From Phoronis australis (taxonomy: Eukaryota; Animalia; Phoronida): a stretch of 64,000 nucleotides of DNA. Positions 13,746-25,110 of this stretch are shown here, piece after piece. How positions within the stretch are numbered: position 1 is the stretch's first letter; the number at the start of each line of letters is the position of its first letter. The translations under genes and the position numbers were made by a program. The notes beneath the pieces are model-generated. The model did no database searches. It was given only the letters and a program-made list of their open reading frames with translations, and was not told the DNA's origin. The stretch lies in NCBI GenBank assembly GCA_002633005.1, contig NMRA01000011.1:299451-363450 (forward strand), read 5' to 3'.

Positions 13746-14315
13746 NTAGTTCTGCTTGTCGCGTCGGCTGTTGGTATCATTATCTCGATTTATTACCCAC
13801 AACGCGTGACTGGACAAAGCCTTTTCAAATTAGCCCGGTGGAGCGTGAGACCCCTGAGGTCCCAATCGAGTCCTCACGACAACTTCGCGTTATGTGGTCA
13901 CATTAATAGGAAGATTAGTGACAGGCGATCGAGTTCGGACCGAGGAGACTAGTAGCATAGAGAGTGACGACCGGGATCAGTTGGCAGCCCACTGTTAAAG
14001 TAGAAAGGGCCCTACATAGCTGATCAACCTGGCTTTCGAAAATATAGACCCGACACTGATAGCGCGCGCTGGTAAGATAGTGTGCTTACTTTCGAAATCC
14101 TAGCGAAATCTGCTTTTACATTTGCGTGATCTCGTCAAGTACGCGCCTCTGTATGACTTGACGTTCTGTGCTACGACAGGAAACTTACACTTAATAAACG
14201 TAATTTCTTAACTGCTTCATGTAATAAAGTAATAGGCCTACCTATAGTTACATTATTATATTATTTTGGAAATGGTCATATTCCTTCAAGGTCGTTATCT
14301 GAAAATGAGCATTAC

Positions 14316-14482
14316 CTTAAAAGTGACAGTCCCGGTGCCGATTGCCATGTATTCGAATTCTGTGACGTAGGAGTCTTGATGCACCTCCGCTGACGGAATT
14401 ACTCGGTTAAAGTCTGATGTTGAAACGTGTCGTGAAGGGTCGCCTTCGGGCGTGACAGGTCCCACGCCTTCAATCAGTGGAT
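14316..14482 (-). CDS. PKD1-like exon 6
   Basis: ctttcag|AT...AAG|gtaatg; phase 1/0; DPLIEGVGP...SYVTEFEYMAIGTGTVTFK. Confidence 0.85.
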
Positions 14483-16368
14483 CTGAAAGGAGTTGGAATA
14501 GAACAGACATCGATTTTTTTTAATAAAATGTGTATGTAACGCCGCACGTGATATTGAAACGGTTTTGGCAGAGACATCTGGGGCATGCTCGCCCGGTCGT
14601 AGCTAAGCGGTCATGCAGTGTTTCTGTTAAGAGAAGCGAAACACGTTGACAGAAAGCGTGATGTTACATTACTTTGGTCGTCTAGGAGATTCTGACCCTG
14701 ACTACTTCTCTATGGGAAATCTCATTAAGTCAAAAGTAGTGACTGGAAAATCACGAGTTAAACTCTTGTTTTAGAAAACACATGCTAATCTGTACTGTAT
14801 GGTTCACGAACCCTGTGACCTGAGCTCCAGATTTCAAAAAGTTGTTTTTGTGGGTATTACTGTTTTGAACACAAATTTCAGTGCAAGGGAATAGGCCACC
14901 GCCATATTGTCTGTGTTCACTTTGGAGTGGTTGCTAGGGAGTGACGTACACACTTTCCGAGACGGACCCTATTTAACTAACGTTATGTTTATCTCAGACC
15001 GTATTCACACTCAACGACCCAAGATCTTTATAAACAACTTGATATGCGGAACAGTAGATCGGTAAAAGTGTAGTCTTAGCTACCATTTGGTGCCACAAGC
15101 TTTGATAAAACTGGCCCCTGGATTCTGTTGGCGAAATAATGATCTCGTCTAGTACTCTGGTTTGATTTGATTAGCGCTTCTTAAAAGTTTTATGTATAAT
15201 GTATAACCTCGTTTTCTGATACAGAATGCCATAATTGACTAGCATTGTGATTGACACAAGCTGAGAACCGTACAATCCAAATTGAAAGCAGTAGTATCTT
15301 CCTGTCAAACAAAAGTGACATTTTCGTAGAGTGAAATGCAAATTGGGTGATATTTGATGTCAATTAGCCGATCAATACCGATCAAATAGATTTTAAATAC
15401 GTGTGCATTAACGTACAAGTTACCTTGCACTTGGCTGCTTTCTGACAACAAAATCTGACATTTCGGTGGTTGAGAAAGCTTTTAGGAAAAGGGATCATTC
15501 GAACACACTTCTGTCCCAGGCCTATATCCGACATGTTTTTTCAACGAAAATTTTGTTCAGGTGTTTCGCATATAGGCGCATACGCCAAACCTTGGCTAGT
15601 AGGCGCAGGTGGGTATCTCTTCCCCATGTGAATGGTTGAAACTGGGCATATTTTGCACGTACTTTTGTCCATAATTTCAAATTCAATGCACACATACTTC
15701 TTACCGTTTTATAGTTAACGGAGTCACTTTTCATTCTCATAACGTTTAAAAAATTGTTTCCTGCTTTTACCCATGTATTTCACACAAAGGCGCGTGTGCC
15801 TAATTCCGGATTAAGGCACAGCGGATAGATATAGTCTCATGGACCGTGCATATACAGTAATTCGGCGCATGCAATCACGACTAAATATCCATTTTTTCCT
15901 ACTTCAATCCGTTTCAATTCTGGCTAAATCTCCACAAAAGCTGTTCATTGGCTGCGCAGCACTTAAAAAGTGAGGGCTATATCCCCAGCCCCCCTTGTGG
16001 TGCACCGCCCATAGACCATGGGCGGCGCAGCACTGAAAAAAGTGGGAGGCTATAGCCCCCAACTCCCTATGGTGCGGCGTCTAGTTTATTTTGAACACTG
16101 TAACTGTTCTAGCTTTTACGGCAGTAGTGTTGTTCTGTTAACGCTGGACTAAACTCCTACTGTTGACATTACTATCAGCTTTATTCTCACGCAATCTGAT
16201 GCGGTAGATCAATGACACTACTGGCTTTTTGCCAAATTGCAACGTGCACACGCATCTATAAATAGTTAATATTGCCTTATTATGCCTGATATTTGTAAAG
16301 CTAATAGTAAGATGTGACGGAACAATTTGATAACACCACTCTTCAGCCACAGTAATCCAAGAAAAATA

Positions 16369-16694
16369 TGAATAAAAACTACAACTTTTCTAAAATATAA
16401 CGAGATGTTTCGACGGTAAAACACCCACCATTGTCAATCTCTATTCAGAGAATGGATGCCAGGATGGCTACAGGTACAGTACACAGAAAATTCCAAAAAC
16501 GCACAAAAATGCCAGAACAGGATTGGCAAGCAAACATTGTGTGTGTGTGTTTTTTTGTTTTTTTTTTTTTAATTTTATGTCTGTAATTGTACATGTAGCC
16601 ATCCTGGCATCCATTCTCTGAAGAAAGCTTGACAATGGTGGAAGTTTTTCCGCCGAAAGGTGTCGAAACATTTTAGAAAAGTTGTCTTTATTCA
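16369..16694. mobile_element. Fold-back of two Penelope-like terminal repeats
   Basis: Inner IR 16444-16478 / 16588-16622 (34/35). Outer arms share ttgacaatggtgg...cgaaacat...ttagaaaagttgt...tttattca. Confidence 0.5.
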
Positions 16695-16845
16695 AACTTT
16701 ACTTGTGTTCGTCAGCACAAATTCAAGAAAACAACGCTTTGGTACTCACTGTCAATATTCATATTTTAACAAGTAAAAACGTCTAGTATATACATACGTA
16801 CACACACACGCGCACGTGCATACATATACGCATCTTAACGCGTAT

Positions 16846-16846
<1 letters not shown>

Positions 16847-16877
<31 letters not shown>
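16847..16877. repeat. (CA)n microsatellite
   Basis: Directly visible. Confidence 0.95.
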
Positions 16878-16879
<2 letters not shown>

Positions 16880-16905
16880 ACGTACATACATGCATACATA
16901 CATGG

Positions 16906-17094
16906 ACACCTTATTCACGCAGTCGCCTTTTCAGTAATGAGCCTCTTTTCAGGTTTAAAAACAAAGCATTTGAGCCATAAATGTGAGCATGCGAAACAAA
17001 ATTACGCTTTGCGTTGTGATTAAGCGGAGAATGTATTGTTTTTAAAACCTAAAAAGGGGCTCATTTTCAAATGACGACTGAGTGAATAAAGTGT
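16906..17094. mobile_element. Palindromic MITE
   Basis: About 65-bp arms acaccttattcac...aatgagcctctttt.aggttt.aaaaacaa and its imperfect reverse complement. Confidence 0.6.
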
Positions 17095-17122
17095 ATGTAC
17101 ACCGTAGAGTGTGATAACTTAA

Positions 17123-18051
17123 GGAGAAGGCAACCTTTTGTCATGTCATTTTTAGTACAAAATATAGTTCGTTGATTATCCCAGACATATTTTTCAGTTA
17201 ATAAAGGCTTCCCGTTATTTTATCAATTAGTTGTGAATTACTCCGGAAGTGACGTTGTGGGGGTAAGGATTTCTCGCCATTTTTTTTTCATATAGTATGA
17301 CTGTGTGAGCTATCGAGTCAGTCATTGTTTTACCTCGATTGCGATAAGTTCGGTCGTCGTTTGCGTTTGTTTACGAGTCGGTCAATATGCCCCACGGTTG
17401 CTGCATACCGGGCTGGGCTCGTTATTTTCTCACGCGCACCTTAGGTATGCAATTGCATCGCTTTCCGAAAGATGGCACACTCCACTCGTTCGTGTGAAAA
17501 ATGCAGCGTTACCCGTCCATGCAACGTACAAAACAATGAAGAATTACCGAGCGAGTGGCAAGCATTTTCTACCGTCGCATTACAAAAGAGATGTGTAGGC
17601 GGAATTAATGAAGGTTCCTGCAAAACAACGCTGTTGCTTCCTCGCATTGCCACTTCACCACCCCTGAGAAGCCGAGAAGTGCATTTTTGAAGCGAGAAGC
17701 CTCCCGGGCTGTGGCCTCTACAGTTACTGGAGGCCCTTCATCTTCTGTCACCCGTGCCTAAGAACGTACCCACAGAGCGTACAATTCCGAGAACTAGTAG
17801 TGATTCGTCCTGTGCTGGTGTTGTCTCCAGTCCAGAGCCTTTAAGCAGCCCTGCAGCGATGTTGCGTAATGGGAATGAAAACAGACCCATTTTGACAACG
17901 AGCGAGGAGGACAGTTCGTCGTCATTTCCGGAGTAGGGAACGACTAAATAATAAATTTACGGAAAGCCGTAATGGAATGAAACATGTGTCTGGGATAATC
18001 AACGAACCGTATTTTTACTAAAAATGACATGAAAAAATGTTGTCTCCTCCC
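17123..18051 (+). mobile_element. Non-autonomous TIR element (Kolobok-like) carrying a decayed THAP domain
   Basis: About 135-bp imperfect TIRs (tcatgtcatttttagta...gttcgttgattatcccagaca and its reverse complement); TTAA at the left junction. From ATG 17387: MPHGCCIPGW...LHRFPKDG / frameshift / ...NYRASGKHFLPSHYKRDV. Confidence 0.75.
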
Positions 18052-18445
18052 TTTTATAGAACATATGATGCAGCTAAAAATGCTTCTCTCTGAACCCGAA
18101 CTCCGTTAATGTTTAGATATTTCCTTTACTACAAGTGCAAACTCAAAATGAGTGTCTGCTCGACCATGTTATAGTTTATGCGAGTGCGTTTCTAGTCCAA
18201 CTTCTCACTTTATGGCATTCGGATTCGCGATAGAAACCCGAGTCGAGCATTCGAAGTCCTGCAAGACCATTTCTATTGTTTAAATAAGAAATGTGACCAC
18301 TATCCAACCATTCAAGAGGATTGATCAGACAGAACGCTTTCATCTGATATCTCCGTGTATGGTATGAGGTAGGACAAGTGGGCTATTTTTGGAATCAACT
18401 TCACCTGAAAATTTACTAAGTAACGTGATCTAACAGTAATATTAC

Positions 18446-18626
18446 CTGGTATTAGTATCGTCTGGCTTGCTTCATTTCCGAATTCGATGCTTGCGGACAC
18501 AGATGTTCCAGTGTATACTGAAGCTGTGCATTCAACCTCCTCAAACGTCGCTGTCAAATTTGGACAGGATAGATCTACTCTGCCAACCGGAGACAGGACG
18601 GAAACGCCAGTCGTCGCGGCGATTTG
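18446..18626 (-). CDS. PKD1-like exon 5
   Basis: tttgtag|CAA...CCA G|gtaata; phase 0/1; QIAATTGVSVLSPVGRVDLSCP...ASIEFGNE. Confidence 0.85.
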
Positions 18627-19687
18627 CTACAAACAAATCATTACAAATCATGTATGTGACCGTCTCAATTTTCTTGAATTTCGCTTTTCTTGGTTGAACA
18701 GACAACTAGCTCAACTGCAAGCAACTGGTCGTTTAAAGTGTGGTAATTAAAGGCTATTTTCCATACAGATAACTTCGCTACAATCGAAGCTTCGAAGTTA
18801 ACTCTGGTTAATCCCGTTCACAATTTTAGTGCAGCAAAATTATCACAAGGCGGCGCTAATATGACCTTCACGTTTTGCAAATACGGACGTCATTCTGACA
18901 CTTTCAGTAATTTTTTAAGGAAAGAATCCAGCTTATATTGCCAAAATAACAAATATTGGAGCAAAATATTAACAAATAGTAACTAGTTACTGTCCGCGAA
19001 CGCAGTGACACCTGCCGATAACTTCGGTGAAATCGAAGTTAAGTATTCTCATTATACCGAAGCGTCGACGCTTCGCTATTAAGTTCACCTCTTAAGTTTG
19101 GACTAGTGATGTTGACTTCGATAAAAGACGGAAGTTAAGTGGTCCCACTAACAGAAGCTTCGGTAATACCGAAATTGCAAAGGTGACATGAGCAAAACGT
19201 CACATAGGTTTGTGTGTATAAGCCGATACAGACATGAAATTTACCCGTTTTTTTCTTGCAAATTTTGTCAATTTTTATCGTATCTGAAATCCAATGTTCT
19301 CTGGCAGACTACGCTCGATTGCGTCTTCGCTTGTCAACTCGGCTCTCTTTCAGTTGACGTCGGAAGGGTCGTTTTTAATTAAGAGAAACGTGTCAGTGAG
19401 TCAATTGGCCGACAGGATCTCAATTCTGTAGACCAATGTGAACGCCTTGTGGATTGCGTAAGCATTTACTGTCCTTTCTTGATTTGACTGCTTGAGGGGC
19501 TCCACTTTCGCGTGAGATTTCGTCTTCAACCTCAGTACATTACTCGAGTAGAGTAGGGATTGATCTACACAGCAAATTGCATTCAGTTTAACCGAACACA
19601 GAAATTATCCGTTGGCTAGAGTAATGCAATAACAGCGCGTCAATGAAAAATTTTATACGCCGGAATGACACGGGTCATTCCTAAGAT

Positions 19688-19895
19688 TTCTTCTTCTTCT
19701 TCAGCGTTCCCGGCCTTGTAGCTTAGACAGTCAGTCTGGTCTTTTGGGCGAAGTCTGCAGTTTGCCGCAATGATGCCGTTGGGCCCCACAGTTTTACCTC
19801 GAGTTCCATCGGACTGGGCCATGTTTGGCGCCTTAGGGAATCGAACGTAGGGCAGCTCTGCAGTAAATGCTGAAGTGTCCTAAGATAATTCCCGA
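19688..19895 (-). mobile_element. tRNA-derived SINE-like element with (GAA)n tail
   Basis: B box GTTCGATTCCC at about 19836-19846 (minus); 3' end gggaacgct(gaa)5; A box degenerate. Confidence 0.55.
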
Positions 19896-20699
19896 AGGTA
19901 CACGCTCAAATCGTTAGTTGGGGTACAAATGCTACGTATTATTAAAGAGAAACGAATCCTTTATATACAGGTAGTGGTATGAAATGGAGGCTCGGTGTTG
20001 GGGAAATCTGGGTTGTGTTCCCCAGAAAAAAATTTTGGCGAGAAAAGTGACATCGCCCAACACCACATGGTATCAGGCAAGTAAAATATAAGCAGTTCGG
20101 TACCTTACTCACGAGCAGAAGCAAAATGGATGCCACTGAAATGATGGGGCGGCGAGGCTTGAACGTTGAATTATGTGACTAAGGTGTAAGTAAACGTTAT
20201 TTCCATTCTTAAGGCCAAGACCTGTCGCAGCGAGTGTCCTGCGACTGTTTCACGTTTACTGAACGTATCACGCCCCCAATCGACGCGTAAACATGAAAGT
20301 AACGCCGTGAGCAGACTAGACTGAACCATTAACAATAATACATGGACCACCAACTCTGTATATTCTCAAAGCACAAAGTTTGTGAGCTTGCGCACAAACC
20401 GCCACCACCGCGACGTTACAATTCATTGGTGTTTTGTACGTTTTAATTCCGGCAAGTACATCGTCTGCTCAGGGAAGCTGAGCTATGCACTAGAAAGGAG
20501 TGGCTTCTCCTCTCGGAATTCCATAAGAAAATATTGGACTTGCAAATAAGTTATCTATGATCTAAGCTACAACCAACATTCATCGTTTTGTAGCTAGTTT
20601 GGACTGTCTTTGCTATTAGAAAAGTTGTCAACTGAGAAAATAAACTAATTTGGAGTTTAGCAACAGTTATTTGCTTTCCGGCACAATACATCCCCTTAC

Positions 20700-20921
20700 A
20701 TTGAATGTTTTGTTGACGTCAGTTGCGTGAACATGAATAGCATAGACGCCCGGTATGGGAAATTGGAGAGTAAAATTCAATGACGTCAGCCATTCTCCTC
20801 GTCCTGTGCCGTCTCCTTTATCCACTTGATACGTCATGCTGTCTGAGTTGGCAGATACTTGAAATAGATGCTCGGTCGAGGTCTTCAAATATCCTCTTGG
20901 GTAGGCATTTACTGTTAAGTT
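20700..20921 (-). CDS. PKD1-like exon 4, PKD-like repeat
   Basis: atttcag|AAC...AAT|gtaagg; 222 nt, phase 0/0; YQVDKGDG...FPIPGVYAIHVHA. Confidence 0.88.
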
Positions 20922-21006
20922 CTGAAATGAATAATAGAACAAGCGAATCGCATTAATTTTCCCCCACAAACTTATTGCCAGTTTCTGTTCCTCAGTTTTT
21001 ATTATA

Positions 21007-22250
21007 TGGGCCCCGTTTTATCAAAGGTCGTACGCCCGGTCGCAGATAAGACCGTCGTAAGCACATTATTGCGAACACGACGCCGCATTTATTTATTTAA
21101 TAGAGTGAAACATTGCAATTAACACTAAGATCAGATACTTTTTCTTGTCGAGACGCCTTCATGAGCCGCGTTAATTAACTGCGTGTAATTACAGCAAGTT
21201 ACGACCGTCTCAGCTAAAGGAGATGACTGTATTTCGTTTTTGATTTGCGGACAGGCACGCGTATTATTTTGTGCACTGCCTGTTGGATCAAATCAACAGT
21301 TAAAAAACGGATGATGCGATTTGGGATTGGCCGGCTGAGGCATTTCCCATCTACATGTACTCTTCAAGTTCTGTCGCTTTCTGTTAAGTATTGAAGTTGT
21401 GACGATTGTTGTCTTTGATCATCGTCTCTCTGTTGTTGAAAATAGATGAACTGGAGTCCACACAAAACGAAGTACATAGCCTTGTGTCACGTTGATAATC
21501 GACTAGTTGAAATTGTTACCATGTTTGAACGTTATTAATGTCATGTGCGTGAGTTTATATAATTAGCAAGCTGTGTAATTCTGTCATGTATAAAAAGGTG
21601 GTCAATTTATAGATCAGTTTGTTGGTATTTCTCTGATAAAATACCTACGATAATTCAGTTTGCTTGTCGCATACCAAGAAATAACGATTCATTATATTAT
21701 TCAAACATGGCTATTCTCATTTTTACAAAACGGCAAATTGATTGTCATGTCACGCGACCGTGGGACACTGCCGATATTGTAGTGCCGTTTCAGATAAATA
21801 CGCGTAGTCTTCGTTTTGATATTGTCATATTGATTTAAACACTAGTCTTTCCAACAATTTTAAGGGCGTGTCACCAGTCGGAACAGGTCGTCATTAGTCT
21901 CCCAATTAACAGAAAGGTATTATGACAGGTAACACCCCCAATTGCATTCAGTTGCTCGATACATCCTGCCACTGCAAAAATGTAATAATACACTATTGGA
22001 GATGCAACCATGCACGACTGGTCGTGTCACCGTGTAAGACCTGTATACGACTTTTTACGTGAGACGTTTTGAACATGTCCATCAACCTAGCTACGACCAC
22101 TTTTGGTTTGGCGATGACTCACTACCCCTACAGTCACGATTTTACATCGATATCGTAGCTTGGTCTTAAGGGCGCTGTGACCGAACTTAAGACCTTTGAT
22201 ATGGGGCTTCTTAAGACCGGGCGTGCAACCTTTGATAAAACAGGTATCTG
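21007..22250. mobile_element. Non-autonomous TIR element (PIF/Harbinger-like ends)
   Basis: About 35-bp TIR ccgttttatcaaaggtcgtacgcccggtc / gaccgggcgtgcaacctttgataaaacagg; no ORF. Confidence 0.65.
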
Positions 22251-22860
22251 ATTCAGTACCAGTAATTGACGTAACACTAACACGAATTTTCAGAAGACTG
22301 CAATATTTATTTGAAGTTTTCCCATGGCGTGTTTTTTGTGACAAATGTAATTTAAAACGTGGCTCCGAGACAACGATTTAAACTTTAATTTGGTTAACAT
22401 GTTTTATTTTAACGTAGTTCCCACTTGAATATATTCTTAAAAAGAAAAATTGAAATCTTCTGTACCTCGAAAGTTCAAAATCTATCTTTAATTTTGCATC
22501 ATGTAATTTTTTACTGTTTGTTCTTTTGCGTTGCATTGATTATTTTATTAATTTATAACTTTTATGAAATTGAATTGATACGCACAGTAATAATTTCTAG
22601 TTATCTTGGATGTCTCTGGTTTCAGGGTCTTATACCATACACAGCCATCCAGAATCATTCATGCTATTATTTTGTGTTTTTTATTTTTGTGCATTTCTAT
22701 TCTTAAGAAACGTTTTCTCTCTGTAGGGCTCGGGTATCGGGTGTTAAATCCAATATACGGATACTTATTACCAAAACTGTAAAGTAAACCTGAATGGTTC
22801 AACGAATTATCGCGCCCTCTAAATCTTTCACTTCCACAACAAACATTTATTTGCACACAC

Positions 22861-23150
22861 CTGCATGGATATCACCACTTTGTATACGCTGAGATGCGTG
22901 TGGCTACCACATTTCACCCCAGCCTTGCCGGAACACTGAACATCGCATGCACCGTCGCCATCTTTCGGCAATGTCAGAGTTTGGGAACAGAAGCAGAATC
23001 TGCCGGCGTATAGTCCTGCGTATTCGTATGAGAAACGTGAACATTCAGTCATGCAGTCTCCTGGAATTAGGTTTTGAAAGTCATAATTGCTTGGGTTGAT
23101 CTTGAACTCGCGATCTTCTCTGTTCTCTCGATAGCATCCGAGAAGATACC
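22861..23150 (-). CDS. PKD1-like exon 3, WSC domain
   Basis: tttccag|GG TAT...ATG CAG|gtgtgt. Translates YLLGCYRENREDREF...CMTECSRFSYEYAGLYAGRFCFC...CDVQCSGKAGVKCGSHTHLSVY, the 8-Cys WSC pattern. Confidence 0.9.
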
Positions 23151-25110
23151 CTGGAAATGTACACAGATACAAAGAGATTTGTATTTGCTGATTGTAAAGA
23201 ATGACTCGGACCTTTACTGCGTGTGCAAAAACAAAATCTTGTACAAACCTTGTGTCGTTTAGTTTCTTGGAGATTTACAGGAAGATGCACGTGACTTATT
23301 ATGTCAGATTTGTATTATTCAGAGTGTTACTGTGGCAGTTAAATTGATACCAGTATACTGGCCGTCTATTGGTAAAAGTTTCTTCAAAAAATCCGAAATT
23401 TCCGTGCCGTAAAAAGAAATTTCTTATCTTTTCAATTTTTAAAAATGATCTTTCAGTCGCTTGTCAGCTAGCCGATTTCATCGCATGATGCAACATGCAG
23501 CTCTGTTTGAAAATGTAGCATCTCGACCTGTTGAAACGAAAGTCAATGAAAACATGCTGACTTTGACAGAAAATATCATGTAAGCACCTGTGCTCATGTA
23601 TCACCAATTGGAGGAAAGTTTGAAAGATTGTGCTACACATAACTATTTATTTCGAGTGAAGTTTCAAAAACGGTAGACTTGGAGATTTTGTCGGGAAATT
23701 CTCGCCCATGTGGAATTGAAATATTCTCCCGTACTCGTAAAAGGTATTTTCTGCAAGAACTGCTTAAACTGTATTTTTCCTGTATTTTTGCGTTCACGTC
23801 ACTTCACATGACAACTTGGTCATATTATCACTGCACTAATAGACATATTAAGGCTCAATACCTTTTAGTTTAACAGCTCAGCACTGGTGATTACTACTGC
23901 ACTGGATATGAAATATTGTTTAAAAGATTTTATTAGTATCAGAATACTGTATCTAAATCGATATAGACACATAATATCTATTACATTAGATAGCGCGTTC
24001 CAGTCACGATGCTCCTGCATATGACCTCGAAATAAAAATCACTAGGCAGTGAACAGCTAAATAAATACTAGAGATTTATAGCATATTCAAGTTGCGTCGA
24101 GTGGTCTTGTTATTCAGGCATTTTTAATCTTTCTGTCTTGAGTGCATGATTTACCTCTGCGAATGAATTGCAGCGTCTGTTTACAAAAGAAAATGACAAT
24201 GTCAAAGTATGAAGGATCATTAATTCTGAGAGAGTAATAAGTATGCCACTTCCTTCTTTCAAAGGCTTAAAATTCAATTAAGCCAGAAGCAAAATGTGCT
24301 TTGATAAAAGCCTTTGAGGGCAGTTCTTCCTAAGCAACACCGATGAACAAATGAATTTTTGAGTCATGATGAACGTTGCAGTATGAATTTGTGCCACAAC
24401 TGTAACTGCGTTTCTGTAACTAATGTGTTAAACCTCAGACCGTATCGTATGATTTCTTTCGCCTTTTTATTTAATTTCATTCCGGATTTCTGCAAACACA
24501 CCCTCTCTTAATATAGTTCTTTATTCACAAAGTTTTCCGAATATAATCCCCTGGGCTCATATGCACTTTTGGGGCCACAGTAAAACATCTCTACGGTTTC
24601 CTAAAATGTGCATTGTCAGTGAGTTCCAAACAAAACAAGACAACATGAAAATGAGAACTAGGATTTATAACTCAGGGAAAATATCGGTTTTACGCATTTT
24701 TGGATTATTTTTTGGATGGGATAGACTTCTTGAAGTTGTTATCTTTGACCAGAGCTACCAAACAACAAAATCCGTTGTTTTGTGATTTCATTAAAAATCG
24801 CCAATTCTCGCTGTTTCAACCAGACATTCGCTGAAATCAAGACCGGTGGTTTAACCAATTAATACACTTAAGAGGCTCTGCCTTTTAGTGAGTGGGACTT
24901 AACTCTGCCAGCAGGGAGTTAAACGGTGACCGCAGGGGTTGCGGATTCCATTTCACGATGAAGCTGATGTCAGAAAATCAATTGTCTCGCCAACAATGCC
25001 TCTTTAAATAGCTTTCTGCACCATTTAATTCGCATTATCGGCTATAAAAATGTTTTTTCTGAGACCAGTCCCATCATGGAACCGAGCTTGAAACTCTCGC
25101 AACACAGCAG

